A DNA stretch of 64,000 nt from Eledone cirrhosa (GCA_964016885.1 OZ024741.1:302002001-302066000); one strand, 5' to 3'; positions 25,677 to 42,320 are shown, counted from the first letter of the stretch. The notes: generated by a model not told the origin, from the sequence alone. Numbers and translations are program-made.

Positions 25677-26175
25677 TTCCGTATAAGACAAGAGCTGAAA
25701 AATATCTTTTAACATGTTAAAATATCCCCCACACACTTACAGATACATTCCTACTGACCATCCCTCTACCACGAATTACTCTGCTACACACACACACACA
25801 CACACACACACTTGTCTTAATAGGCATTTGAATTGTCAACAGGCTGCGGTTCGCACACACATCCCTGCTGACCATTATCACAACAACGAACCTCTTTACT
25901 ACTACTACTACACACACACACACATATTTGTTGTGAAAGACTTATTTCTCAGTCAGCCGACACAAACCTACATTTGGCGCAAAATCAATTTTTTACATTC
26001 ACATGACCTCCACCGACCAATCAAAATTGTTTTGACCACAAGAATTTTTGCAACACGAATTGGCGCAAAACTTATTTTAATACCGCTGGAGCCACTTTTT
26101 TAACATAAAAACAGGTAGAATTCCCAAAACTAATCAGATCAGAGCCAACATCACGGACGCTCTATCTCAAAATTA

Positions 26176-26211
26176 TTTTTGAAAAGCATTAGAAATGCGC
26201 AACCGGTAAAA
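26176..26211 (+). ncRNA. Minimal hammerhead-like motif (U3-A8 core; GAAA changed to GCAA)
   Basis: TTT-TTGAAAA-GCAT-tagaa-ATGC-GCAA-CCGG-TA-AAA. Confidence 0.55.
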
Positions 26212-26319
26212 CTTAAAACCAAAACTGAATACTAACCAATACTATTACTAATTTTCACTTATTCCTAATTAAACTATTTTTCACTGTGAACAATTTGTCA
26301 GCATTTTCTATTCCGTTTA

Positions 26320-28795
<2,476 letters not shown>

Positions 28796-29146
28796 ATATC
28801 TACTGTTTTGTATAGGACCTTACTTCCATTTTCTAATATATATATATATATATATATGTGTGGGGGGGGGTGTTTAATGGTAGCTATGGTGCTTCCACAG
28901 GCGGTGTGCCAGTTGAGCATTCTATGTTCTTACAGAGCAGAGTGTATAATATAAAACGAAAAATCAGTGATGCATCTAGACTCAGTTTATTGTGTGTCCG
29001 AAAGCATTGCATGTATCCGAAGAACCCCCAGTTCTAGAATCAGACAGATGTTTGTTTACAAACACACCGAGCATTATAATAAATGTGTGCATGTATGTAT
29101 ATATATATACATACTACTGTACATCTGTATACATATATGTATGTAC

Positions 29147-29187
<41 letters not shown>

Positions 29188-29225
29188 AGATGTGAGAAAA
29201 ACCACAGACCCTCCATCTCAACTCA

Positions 29226-29263
29226 CCTTTTGAAAAGCAGAAGAACTGCGAAACCGGTAAAGG
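29226..29263 (+). ncRNA. Minimal hammerhead ribozyme, U3-A8 variant, in a ~150 bp insert between (TA)n tracts
   Basis: CCTT-TTGAAAA-GCAG-aagaa-CTGC-GAAA-CCGG-TA-AAGG with all stems perfectly paired. Confidence 0.8.
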
Positions 29264-29332
29264 AACCAAATAAATATATATATTTTTTTTTAAAATAAGA
29301 CTTCAGTTGCATTTTCGATTTCATCTCTTTTT

Positions 29333-29470
<138 letters not shown>

Positions 29471-29573
29471 TTGATTGCGCTGTTTTGCTTCCACTTTTTG
29501 AAAATGTTATTTATTCATTATAAGAATTAAATGATAGCATTCTATATGTAGGTGGGACCCCTTCATCTGGCAA

Positions 29574-29632
<59 letters not shown>

Positions 29633-29636
<4 letters not shown>

Positions 29637-30100
29637 GTACATACATATATGTATACAGACGTACATTAGTATGTATATATATATACATACATGCACACAT
29701 ATATATATATATATGTACGTATGGATTCACCGAACATTTATTATAATGCTCGGTGTGTTTGTAAACAAACATCCAGTATTAAGCCATACAGTGTCTAGCA
29801 ACCATCGTTGCTCATTTGTTCAACACTGACAAAGGAACGCTGTACTAGTTTCAAGCTTATTAGCTATGACGATAGCTAATAAGCTTGAAACTAGTACAGC
29901 GTTCCTTTGTCAGTGTTGAACAAATGAGCAACGATGGTTGCTAGACACTGTATGGCTTAATACGGGATGTTTGTTTACAAACACACCGAGCATTATAATA
30001 AATGTTCGGTGAATCCATACGTACATATATATATATGTGTGCATGTATGTATATATATACATACTACTGTACGTCTGTATACATATATGTATGTACGTAT
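29633..30100. repeat. ~230-bp-arm palindrome centred near 29870, derived from a PLE-type terminal repeat
   Basis: ...GTTTCAAGCTTATTAGCTAT gacg ATAGCTAATAAGCTTGAAAC...; a partial third copy is at 29047-29147 and a diverged relative at 43905-44065. Confidence 0.9.
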
Positions 30101-30413
30101 ACATACTTATATTTAAGTAACAGCCGTACTACTATTCTATCAACTTGACCTCTTACTACTTTTCTATTGGTCAATTCAAAACCTGTTCCCAAACAGACCT
30201 ATTATATTAAATCTTTGTTGGTTTTTTTCAATAAACAAATATCATTATTTCTGAAGACAGCATATATATTTTCTCTGATAGTTTGTAAAATATGTTTACA
30301 TAGATCTATATGATATACATACCAACACATTCTATATCCTAGAAACGATCGTAAAATGATGAATTTTTTAATATAAGGAACTTGTTCTTTGTTTTTATTC
30401 ATTGTTTTTATTA

Positions 30414-30540
<127 letters not shown>

Positions 30541-30957
30541 AAAGTTTATTAATGAAAGTCTCTGGATTTCTCAAAATACATATGGAGCGCTTGCCAGCAT
30601 GATTCGGAATTTGCGTTACGTTTCGCTTTTTCTACCCGCCGAAATGCGATTCTCGCTGAATTTATATATATATATATTTATATATTTATATATATACCTA
30701 CTAATACCTACCATTAGTCCACTGAAACAGCTACGAAAGTCTACTGAAAATTCATACTTATAAACCTACTTTTAAAATTTTCAAAACAAAATGATGTGGT
30801 GTCGTTCAATGTCTTTCTCAATGTTATTGCTCCTACTTAAGGTCGACTTCTAAATCATTTGGGTGTTCCATAAACTACGTCCTCATTTTGTTTCTCATCT
30901 ATCTAGACTATATTTTAAACTGTGATCAATGTTTCATCTCTGTTGCACCTCATTACC

Positions 30958-31030
<73 letters not shown>

Positions 31031-31871
31031 CTTTTTTCATGAGTTGAGTAGTTAAAGAATAGCGCTTTAAATTAAGTATTTTGATGGAAAGCTTATTGTA
31101 AAATACTGTTGCTGAAAAACTATCCGCATGGCGAAAATTATAATATTTATAATAAGTGCATGTATAAACATTTTGGTGCAGGGCACATCTAGTGATATTT
31201 CCCGTGGTAGCATATACATGAAACAGTTATGTTCTCACACGAAATAGAATGAAAGAAGTACACTTAGCGATCATTTTCTGTTTAACGAGTTGGTAGAAAA
31301 AAGAAAGACCGTTTATGTAACTAACTATGTGGTTATTTACCACGGTGCTAACATTTTAACGTGTTCCGTCAAACAGATATTTAGGCTGCAGTCACATCTT
31401 AAGCTAATCATGCTTGCATCAGCTCTTACAATTGCAAGAGTTTATATGTAAGCACGCAGATGTCACCAGATCAGAGGTAGACGTATCTAATTATATTATG
31501 CACTGTATCAGTCTCATTAAAATCAATCATTAGTAATAATAATTAATAAAATGACATGCAAGGATGGCTATGTAGGGACTGAAAATAAGACTATTGTTTA
31601 ATCTCCTACTACGAATTTAAACGAGCGAAACAGTGTCTCTCTCTCTCTCTATCTATCTTACTCACGCCCTCTGTCCTCTACCCCCTCTCACCTCCTATTT
31701 CTCCGTCTTTCTCTCTATATATATACTCACTTTACTGAGAATCGCCACGGAAAAACCTTGCTACTCAGTTATTACGGCCACCGGATTTATAACCATCGAC
31801 CTGGTATAAGCGAAATTTCTTTTTTATTTGAATTTGGCAAAGCCGGCCATTTATCGCTCGTATACAGGAAA

Positions 31872-31980
31872 CTGACTGGCCAGTCTGCTGATATGCAAAT
31901 CTGGCTGATCAGTGGATCTGCTAATATGCAGATCTGACTGATCAGCCAATCTGCTAATATGCAAATCAGGCCGATCAGTC
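31872..31980. repeat. Three 33-bp tandem units, each with an octamer-like ATGCA(A/G)AT
   Basis: ATGCAAAT at 31893, ATGCAGAT at 31926, ATGCAAAT at 31959. Confidence 0.85.
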
Positions 31981-32832
31981 ACTGTGTATTTTAGAAAATA
32001 GCATATATTTTCACTAGCTCTGAGAGTTTGGCAGGTGAACAGTGAGCTGTACTGATGAAGGGTGATACCCAGAAACATTAGTGTCTGCAGTTCTGTTCGC
32101 ATGCCAACATAAGAGCAAGAATGAAGTGTTCATTCTACTGACATGGCTATAAAATTGAGGCGTGTTTGCATAATTGCAAACGAATCGGATGTTATTAATA
32201 TTCGAAAAACTCAGATTACATTTATTGTATATATATTTATTTATTAAAATAACAGATTAAGGTTTAAGCAAAGAATCGCTGCTTTCACCCTGAAACATTT
32301 CTGAAACATTTCAGTACCATATATATATATATATATAATTATTTAATACAATAACAGAGATAGCTTTAAGCTAAACTCCGACTGGTAACCATCTCACTCA
32401 ACAAACATTAGGTTATACGTTAATATAAACCCAATTTAAGTGTTTGGGGTGCTAACTATATGTATTTTGTGGAAAGCCAGTTGTATTATTTTATATGAGA
32501 CATAATTAAAGTTAAAATATATCTCTCTTTCCAAACAATTGTTTCATTATAAGTTTTCTACAAGTTGGGAGAATGTTTCCAGTTTATGTAGAAGCCTAAC
32601 ATATTTTCATGTTTTAGGTGGGCACTTATAAATCGTCAGTGGAAGCCCATTAAACTTTGATATAAGAAAAAATTCCTTACCGCAGTTAATTTTCGTGTCC
32701 GTTAAGTTGTCCCTTCACGCATCGAATGACCGCCAAATTTGAAATTCCAGCAGTCTTTTGACTGAGGAAGTATCATAGCGTCACGAAGCGGAAAAGGGAG
32801 ACAACCACGAGTCACGAGAAAAGTAAAATAAT

Positions 32833-33229
32833 ATACACGTGGGTTAATTAGTTTTTTCAAAAACATTATCAATCTGCATGTTAAGAACTCAATTAATTTT
32901 AAAAAATAAATGTATGCGTGTATTAATTACACACGCATATAGATATTTTCTTAGGCTAAAAACAGAGAAAGTGATACCTAAATAACAAACCACATCTCAT
33001 AACTGTAATAAATACGGAAAGTTACGCTTTAAAAGGCATTTGGGAATGTAAATCTCTGGCCAAATTAAGAGTAAAATATTTAATACACGCGGGTTAATTA
33101 GTTATTTCAAAACCATTATTAATTCCGCGTGTTAAGAACTCAATTAATTTTAAAAAATAAATGTATGCATGTAAGTATTTACACACGCATATAGATATTT
33201 TCTTAGGCTAAAAACAGAGAAGTGATACC
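32833..33229. repeat. ~145-bp direct repeat (32833-32978 and 33083-33229)
   Basis: ATACACG.GGGTTAATTAGTT...GGCTAAAAACAGAGAA.GTGATACC occurs twice. Confidence 0.9.
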
Positions 33230-33250
33230 CCAAAAATATATATATATATA

Positions 33251-33782
33251 TTTGTGAAATTTATTTTGAAACTTTTTCCTATTTGCTAAACCTTGATTAT
33301 ATATGTTCTGGCTCGTTAATTTATTAACCTGCCATTGAACCACATTGGCATATGGTTGGACAATACATGTGTCCCTGAACGCTTTTTGCGTGTAGGGATT
33401 TATACTTTATTATTATTATTCTCCTCTTGGTCGAGATAAAATTTGGTCGTTTTGACTGCTGCTATTTATAGTGGTAGTAGACTGACCTCCCTGCCTCTGC
33501 CTCTATCTTTACACACGGCACTGGACAGAATTGCTTCCACATCATTCATTCTCATCTCGCGAACAATTTTGAATAGCGCCAGTTCGTAATTTGAACTCGG
33601 GAATTTTATATTCTCCGAGTGAAAAGAACCTTCTGACGAGAGTTTATCTTTTCAATGGAAGGCCGCAAGGACTGTCCATTTATTTTTGAGACTCGAAACC
33701 GATTCGGTAGAGGTAACCATAGTAAGTACAGTGAATTTTTTGAAATTTATTTTGAAACTTTTTCTTATTTGCTAAATCTTGA

Positions 33783-33783
<1 letters not shown>
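33251..33783 (+). mobile_element. Retrozyme-like or solo-pLTR non-coding unit with terminal direct repeats, in (TA)n
   Basis: TGAAATTTATTTTGAAACTTTTTC.TATTTGCTAAA.CTTGA at both ends; canonical HHR inside; no credible ORF. Confidence 0.7.
33628..33714 (+). ncRNA. Canonical type I hammerhead ribozyme
   Basis: ACCTT-CTGACGA-GAGTTT...AGACTC-GAAA-CCGATTCGG-TA-GAGGT; predicted cleavage after GUA at 33709. Confidence 0.88.
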
Positions 33784-33850
<67 letters not shown>

Positions 33851-34106
33851 GGTACTGACATGTGATGCGTATGGACGTTGAGGAGGGGTAGGAGGGGAAA
33901 CAATTTCCAAAGGAGGCCAATTAAAAAAATTAAATTGTAATTATTTTGGTGACTAATCCTATGTGCAAATACACGTACACAGACACACATACTATATTTG
34001 TATATATAAATATATATATACATATATGTATGTGTATCTACATACTTCTGTGTAACAAGACAATTATGCGACACACACACATATCTCTCTCTCTCTCACT
34101 CTCTCT

Positions 34107-34171
<65 letters not shown>

Positions 34172-34822
34172 TGCATGTATGTTTATCTACATTTATCTTT
34201 ATAAATATATGGCGAACATTTTTTTTTCTCTTTTTTTTTTAAATATATATATAGATGTGTGTGTGTGTGTGTTTGAGTGTGTGTGCGCGCGTATATATGT
34301 GTAATATATGTATGTAATATATGCGTGTATGCATATATTTCCATATATTTGTGTGTGTGTGTAGTGTAGTGTGACTATGTTTAAGAAAGATTGAATAAAT
34401 CTGAGTTTGTGTGTGGAAATTAGAGTGTGTGAGAAAGAGTAAAACAGAGAGTATGAAAGCAATAAAGAAAGTATGGAAGTGAAATTGTAATGAATGTTGA
34501 AGTGAACACATATATCTAACGGGGATATTTTGTGGTCAGGACATTAATCAACCAGTTAATTACATTTAATTCCCTATTGATCCCCTTTCCAATACAGTCG
34601 TGAATTGTTAAATTTATTTTATATCCTTTTTTTATGTAATTAGTTCCGTTGCTACACTGTCCTCTTTAAAAAATTGCCACAGTTTTCTAATTGTTACCCT
34701 AATCTTTCTTCTAACATTTTTCATACCAGACTGCCTTAAATCGCTCCAGGTTCTACAATACAAAACTGCTTTTTTTTAATCTTCCACTGTGATTTTCTGT
34801 GAAACCATTTCCTACAAATACG

Positions 34823-35110
<288 letters not shown>

Positions 35111-35404
35111 CTGTCTGTTTATAATTCTTACACACTCCACACACATATACATACAATACATTTCTTATATCCATCATGTTGCTTCAATAAAAATGTTGCT
35201 TTCCTATCATAAGGTCCAGGGTTCTAATCAGCATTTGTCCCTGCAAAAAGTAAATTATGGAGTTATATCCTAGAAATATGTTATTAAAATATCTTTATCT
35301 TTAATTACTTCCACGTATCAGTAATCAACATAAACTACCTTATGTAAACCATTAATTTATCAAAATGCAAATTTCCCAGTTTGTATAGCAATAATCCTGG
35401 TATA

Positions 35405-35560
35405 GGCGACGAATTGGCAGAGTCGTTAGAACGTCAGATAGAATGCTTTGTAGTATTCATTTCGACTCTGTTCTCTGAGTTCAAATCCCGCCGAGGTCAA
35501 CTTTGCCTTTCATCCATTAATGGTCGATACAAAAAGTACCAGTCAAGTACTGGGGTTGAT
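35405..35560 (+). mobile_element. Older diverged SINE copy
   Basis: GGCGACGAATTGGCAGAGTCGTTAG...GAGTTCAAATCCCGCCGAGGTCAACTTTGCCTTTCATCC. Confidence 0.8.
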
Positions 35561-36175
35561 TCTTCCTCTATATCTCTTTCTCACTTCCTTTCTCTCACTC
35601 ACTCTTTCTATCCTTCTCTGGAAGAAATCTACTGTATTCAGGCCTGGAGAGGAAATGGGCTCCACCAGGTTTTTAAAATGCCCTAGAAAAGCCATATGTC
35701 AATATGGCACCCCAGCGACTCCTCAGGAGTTACGGGTCCGTACCATACCAATATTGGTATATATAGCAAACTAATCCTGGACTCCAAACTTTAAATACGT
35801 CCAATATTATTGTCGTCATTATTGACGGCACTAGTCCACTGGTGTTAACAATGTTTAGAAAATGATTATGGCTTTCTTGTTTTCTAAACCTTATTATTTA
35901 TTCTTTACCATAATGTAAAGACACATGACTAGAGTTTTGGTCGCGACGATATCTTATCGATACGATTTCTTATCGAACAACTTTTCATCGAAAAGGTTTC
36001 AGATGTTTATATAAAAAGGGAGTGTGTGATAGGTGATGGTATGTAGAGCTTGCAATGTTTCGGTTACATATATAGATATACAAACATTAGTTGCATTATG
36101 TTTACTGAATCATCTTTGTTCCCTGCGAAAGATGAATAAGGCTACAATTATCTACTTCTATCTGGTTTCTATAAT

Positions 36176-36339
36176 AATTGTTTCTACTTTTGTATTGCTG
36201 GTACTTTATTTTATCGACCCCGTAAGGATGAAAGGCAAAGTTAACCTCGGCGGGATTTGAACTCATGCCATAAAGGGCCGTAACTCTTTGCTACAAAGCA
36301 TGGCGTCAGACCCTCTACCGATACTGCCAATCCACCGCC
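36176..36339 (-). mobile_element. SINE copy (main family, internal deletion near the 3' end)
   Basis: Reverse complement of the family sequence starting GGCGGTGGATTGGCAG. Confidence 0.88.
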
Positions 36340-36740
36340 TGATGAAATTTTACAGGGTAAAGTTATCAGCAACTAGCTCAACCCCTATCTTGGTGTGTGA
36401 AATGTTTCTACCCTGAATCCTATCTAGTTGGGTAGACCTGGTGAATATATTAAACTGCCTAGTATAGCCTTCGGAATCAATGAGTTATCGTTACATGTTC
36501 TCAATAGGTCTAATAAATTGAATAATCTAGCATGAGTATGAAACTAGGGATGCCGGAAAATCCGTGTATACATTACTGTGTATATCTAAACGTTATTTGT
36601 TTATGTCGAGCCAATTATGTGAGTATTTCTCTGTTTAAACATATATACGACGATATCTTTATTCGTTCTTTTACTTGTTCAAGCACTATGTGAAATTTTT
36701 TTAACTAATCTCTTTGTAATACTTCTCGCATATGTCAACA

Positions 36741-36890
36741 ATCGAAACCAAAAGAAAGCTGTTCAAGGAATATGTTCTGCTGGTGATGACCTGTTGAAGT
36801 GAGACGAGGGCTCTCAACACCACCACCACAGAATCTCTTGCAGTGGCTCAACGTAAAATGGAGCGAATTATGCTCGGCATTACCTTATGG
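36741..36890 (+). mobile_element. RTE ORF2 fragment
   Basis: Manual translation KRKLFKEYVLLVMTC*SETRAL...LAVAQRKMERIMLGITL. Confidence 0.65.
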
Positions 36891-37065
36891 ATTTCTCTAA
36901 CACGTACATTAACGGTATATGTGTATATGGAATGTTCAGCCCACTTGCACGTAAATTTCAATCAAGCTTACTCATTGATCAAACAACGGAAACACTCGTC
37001 TTCGGAACTAACTGGTTGATCACGCATGTCATGAGTTGATTCCTTTAGTAATACTTCTCCTCCTG

Positions 37066-37111
<46 letters not shown>

Positions 37112-37464
37112 TATATATATATATATATATCCTTCTCTCTCTCTATCTCCTTTAACTTTAACTTAAACTTTCTCATCCCACAACCCCACTCCCTTTCATT
37201 TACATCATTTAACTTACTCTCGCTTCTATACTTTGTTTAGACACGTTATAATGCACATCTGATTGGTTCATTCCACATCCCTCTCTAGTGCTTTCTATCT
37301 TACCACCCTCGTTCTACCTATAATTATTTTCTTTATTCCAACTTTTAATATCTATCCTTCTATCATATATTGAAATGTTCCCATTTCTATTGTCATCCAA
37401 TACATTGGACCCTTTATTTACTAACAATAAATATTTCTTGGTATGGTTAGGGTGGGGAGAACAG

Positions 37465-37660
37465 CGGATTGGCAGTATCGGTAGAGCGTCAGACAACATG
37501 CTTTGCAACATAGAGTTACGTCCCTTTACTTTCTGAATTTAGATTTTCCTTTCATCCTTGTGGGTTCGATAAAATAAAGTGCCAGTAACGCGCTGGAGTC
37601 GATTTATTCGACTTTCCCCTCCCTCAAAATTGTTGGCATTGTGCCTAAATCAGAAACCAT
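37465..37660 (+). mobile_element. Diverged SINE copy
   Basis: GGATTGGCAGTATCGGTAGAGCGTC...CCTTTCATCC...GTGCCTAAATCAGAAAC. Confidence 0.8.
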
Positions 37661-37859
37661 TGTGGTTAGGGTGGTGAATTGACAGAATTGATAGAGCAGG
37701 GTTTCAACACCCTTACCACTAAGCCACTTGCTTCCATACTGTATATATACAGGTATAAATTTACCATTGTTAATTAGTATTTGCTTTATTCGATGGATTT
37801 CTTTTTTTCGTTTGTGGAAAAGAATCTAAATACCCTTCTATGGATTTTATCACTGACAT

Positions 37860-38500
37860 TTTGTAGCTCTGAGGGCATTCACTGACTCCGTTTATGTATG
37901 TATATACATTCATTTGAGTATCTGGTATTCACAGGCATGGTGTATCTCTTTTTTGTTTGTTTGTCCATTTTTTTCCCCGCTTGGTTTTTGATTTTTTTTT
38001 TTTCGATGTATCTTGAAAGAAATCGTATTTGTATTGTTCTGGATGTTACATTTTAGTACGGAGTTATTTTCTAGGTCTTGCTTTAATTTCTTGATTTCTT
38101 TCAGTGTATCCATTGCAACGAGTATATCATCCACGTATCTGCCCTATATCATATGTGTATATCATTTACCTAACACTATAACACATAACACAACTAATAC
38201 TCTACACAATCACCACCTAACACTACAACATATATATTTGTGTTTTGATATTTCTTTATTGTCTATTGTGATTAGATAGAATGCTGTCTTACTTTGACAT
38301 TCCGAGCTGAACTCTTGAACATGTAATCCACTGTATTTTGTCTCATTTAGTCATATTACAGATTCAGAACTTTTACGATTTTATTTTCATTTGTTCATAA
38401 ATATTTTGTTACTTGCACATAGCATCACTGTTTGTTGACGAAATTTCTTTGTTCTGTTATGCACAGATTTTTTTTGTTCGGCATGTTCTACATTCTTTCA
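37860..38500 (-). mobile_element. Heavily decayed Penelope-like RT fragment
   Basis: GRYVDDILVAMDTLKEIKKLKQDLENNSVLK. Confidence 0.5.
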
Positions 38501-38753
38501 CATGCAGACCTCACGTTTACTTAGCAAGAGTAATTGTTCATCGGAGACCTTATATCAACAACAGGTTACTATTTGCTAACCAAGTAGAAAAAAAATTTGT
38601 TTCATGTGGAATATAAAAAGTATCACGAATAAAATCACATTCGAACTATTTGCAATGTTTAGATGGAGTAAGTTTTTATATGATGATTAGAAAGAATACG
38701 CTACACACACACAAATATGTTTATATATGTAAATGCATTTATATATATATATA

Positions 38754-38850
<97 letters not shown>

Positions 38851-39035
38851 ATACTTGGGGAGGGTCATATTGGTGTAATAATATTGCCAGAAATAATAAC
38901 ACAACACTCTCACTGTTTGGTTGGTTTTCGCTTCTGTATCTTTTATATCTCCATAGTTAATTCATTCGGCAATCAATGTCTATCATTGATTGACCAAAGG
39001 TCCAAAATACAGATATAAATACATATATATAGTCT

Positions 39036-39077
39036 AACAAAATTCTTTCGTTGCACATCTGCAACATCATCAGTGGT
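39036..39077 (-). ncRNA. Penelope-type minimal hammerhead-like motif (stems I and III decayed)
   Basis: CTGATGA-T-GTTGCA-gatg-TGCAAC-GAAA-GAATTT. Confidence 0.55.
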
Positions 39078-42000
39078 ACTATTATGTTTCCTCCTGTTGT
39101 ATTGTATGTCTACGCCATTTTTATTTTATCTGTTTATTTATTTATTTATTTTTGTCCTCGTCTCTGCGCATGCGTTTGCGTGTGTGTATAGTGTTTGGTG
39201 TGTGTGTTCACGTTTGGGTGACTGTGTTTTGGTTATTGTATTCTATCTTAGTTTATTAGTGTGTGTTTATATGTGTTTGTTGTTATTGTGCTTGTGTATA
39301 TATTTATTTATTTATTTATATTTCTCTTAAGTCAGTATTGTTTGTTTGGGTGTTGTTGTTATTCCATTGATTTTTTTCTGTTTAGCTTTGGCTTTCTAAG
39401 CTCTATTTCGCTTGCCTCTCTGATTTGCCTACCTGTTGGGTCATTTCTATGTTTAGATATTATTTTAATTTCTATGTTGTCTATGTCACCGTCATGTTGT
39501 TGTCTGGCGTATTCGTATAATACTGAACCGTTTTTTTTTTTTGTCCTTTTAATTCCCTCCAGTGTTGGTCTATCCTTTCACCTATGTTACGAGCTGTCTC
39601 ACCTATGTATGTTGTTGTCATGTTTCTGCAAGTACCCTCTGTACATCATTTTATGCTATAGACTACATTTCTAGTTTTACAGTTTATCTGGGGGTTTACT
39701 TTACATATAACACATTTCTTATTAGTACAGTGGGTTTTCTTAAAAGGGTATGTTTTGCTGATCAGGGATTTTATGGTGGTTCCTGGCTTTTCTACCACTT
39801 TAATCTTTAAGTGGGTCTTTCTCAGGGCCTTTCTACATTGGCTAATTTCCCTCCAGGGGTAGCGTCCACGAACATGACACTCTGGTATCTCTGGTTGTCG
39901 TACCATGAGGTGGCTTTCCCTATCTTATGTTTAGTCCTATCTAAGCTATTCCATGATTTGCTCCTGTATAATGGGAAAATTCCTTTCATGTCCAGTTCTA
40001 TGAGGGTCTTATACTTCACCGTGGCCCCTTTGTATACTCTGATTCTGTCTTTTTGGCTGTAGCCAGAGAACTGCATGCGGTTGATGAAGTGTTGGATGTG
40101 TCTTTCCATTTCTGTTGGGTCGTACATGCGGGACACCTTCTTCATCACTCGTACCAAGTCTGCGATCAGAATATTAAACTTAGCACTACTGGACATTGCT
40201 GAGTTTTTGAGTATCAGGTATTTGAAGCCATGGGTTTAGCGTAGTGTGAGTGGAGAATTTGGGCCCTCTCGTCTATAGTGTTAATCCAGAGTTCCGTGTC
40301 TAATACAGGTAGTCTATTGTTAGTGTTTGGAAGGATAGTCAATAGTTACAGTTATACTCTGGTGTATGGAGTTAGCTATCTGCTGGATGCTTTCCATTGT
40401 GCTATATTCTAAATCATATTCGTTAGTTCTCTCTTGTGGGGGTGTCCTTATTACTATATTAATATCGTCTACGTAACGAGAGTACATGATGAGGTCTATG
40501 GAGCTCTCTTCAAGGAGATATTTGAGTCTCCTTTCCACCATACCATAAAAAGGTTGGCAACATCACCAGCTAAGCTGACGCCAATTGCTGCTCCTTCATT
40601 TTGGGTGTAGATCTTTTCGTTGAATTTGAATATATGGCCCTTTAGGGTAGTTTTAATACAAGCCCCTATTGTATGCGCGACCATTTTTCTTACCTGATCA
40701 TTGTTTTTGGGTGTTCGTATGACTTTGGTCCACCCAATCCACCTTCCCTTGGGAGTCTTTTTGCCATTGAAGTTATGGTTGGGGGAGGGGGGGGCTCTAC
40801 TTCTTATGGGTCTACTAGGACAGAAACGCTAAGGTCATGGATGTCTAGGTACTCGGTGTCATAGGTAAGTCTAAGTAGGAGGCCCAGTTCATCTGTGTCG
40901 ACGTCGCAGAACTCCACCTCACTCTCACTGATTATCCCCACACATTTTTCCACAACAAAATCAATGTTAATGGATGGGTACAGTGATACCACGTCCATAC
41001 TGCCTATTATGCAGTTAGATAGGTTCCTGTTTTTGTTGCACTCATTGATTCTGCTGAGGAGATCCTCTGTACTGTCACATACATCTGGGGACATCTTGAT
41101 TATGGGGCGTATAACCATTGAGAGGAAGTAGGATATCCTGTAGTTGTTAGCGATATTGGCTCCGCATACAGGTCTTGTTGGTGGTCCTGTTGTCAGGATG
41201 TCGACTGTCTTATGGTCTTTTCGGAGCCCATACAAGGGTGGTATGTCATTGTTAGACGCCTGGAAGTTGTTGGCAGTGCGTCTGCTTGGCTTTAGGATGT
41301 CTTTCCACATTATCATGTGAGCGTTGAGGATCTTCTCTCTCCCCTCATGTGTTTGTTGTGTAATTTCGCCCGTGTTGGTGATGTGGGGTTGCATAGCCTT
41401 GATGTAGTTCGGCATGCTGTCTATTGACATCCTACCAGACTTATCCATGGGTAGACATACTACTTCACCATCCCTTGTGCGCTGCTTGAGAGTAACTAAG
41501 CTTTCTACAGGTTTCCGTCCAAGTTGTTGGACCTCTGTTCTGCTTTGTCTCTTAGTATATCGGTCTACTATTTCTCTAATCTTATTTCTAGCTATGGTGA
41601 ACTGTGCCTCTGTCTCGTCATCTATTTGTTGTGGTATACAAACCCTTTTATTAAAAGATAACTTAGTAGGATAAATTTTACTCATCTTGTAAGTTTTGTC
41701 AGCTGGATTGAAGAATAGTTTCTCTAAGGGGTTGTCATTATATCTATCGTCATAGTTGTGTGTGTTGCTATTATAGTTATTATGGTTGTTGTTGTTCCTA
41801 CCGTTAACATTATTATTATTGTTATGATTGTTAGATGTATTGTTGTTGTTTTCTCTATTGTTATTGTTGTTGTTACTGTTATTTCTACCATTGTGGTTGT
41901 TACTTATATTATTATGTTTCTTGTTTTTGTTGTTGTTGTTGTTGTTGTGGTGGTAGTGGTTGTTTTTGTTGTTGCGTATATCATTAATGTTGCTACTCGT

Positions 42001-42320
42001 ATTATTTCCATTATTACTACTGTGGTTGTTGTTGTTGTTGTTGTGTCTATCATTGATGTTGCTACTCGTATTATTTACACTATTACTACTGTGGTTGTTG
42101 TTGTTGTTGTTGTCGTGTCTGCTGTTAATGTTTCCATTATTATTATTGTGGTTGTTGTTGTTGTTGTTGTTGTTCTGTCTATCGTTAATATTATTACCAT
42201 TATTATTGTTACTATTTCTCACTCTCCTGCTATTGTTATTGTTATGACCATTACTATTATAGCTGTTATTTCTATACTCCGAGTTATTGCTTATATTACT
42301 TCTATCGTTATTATTACTGT

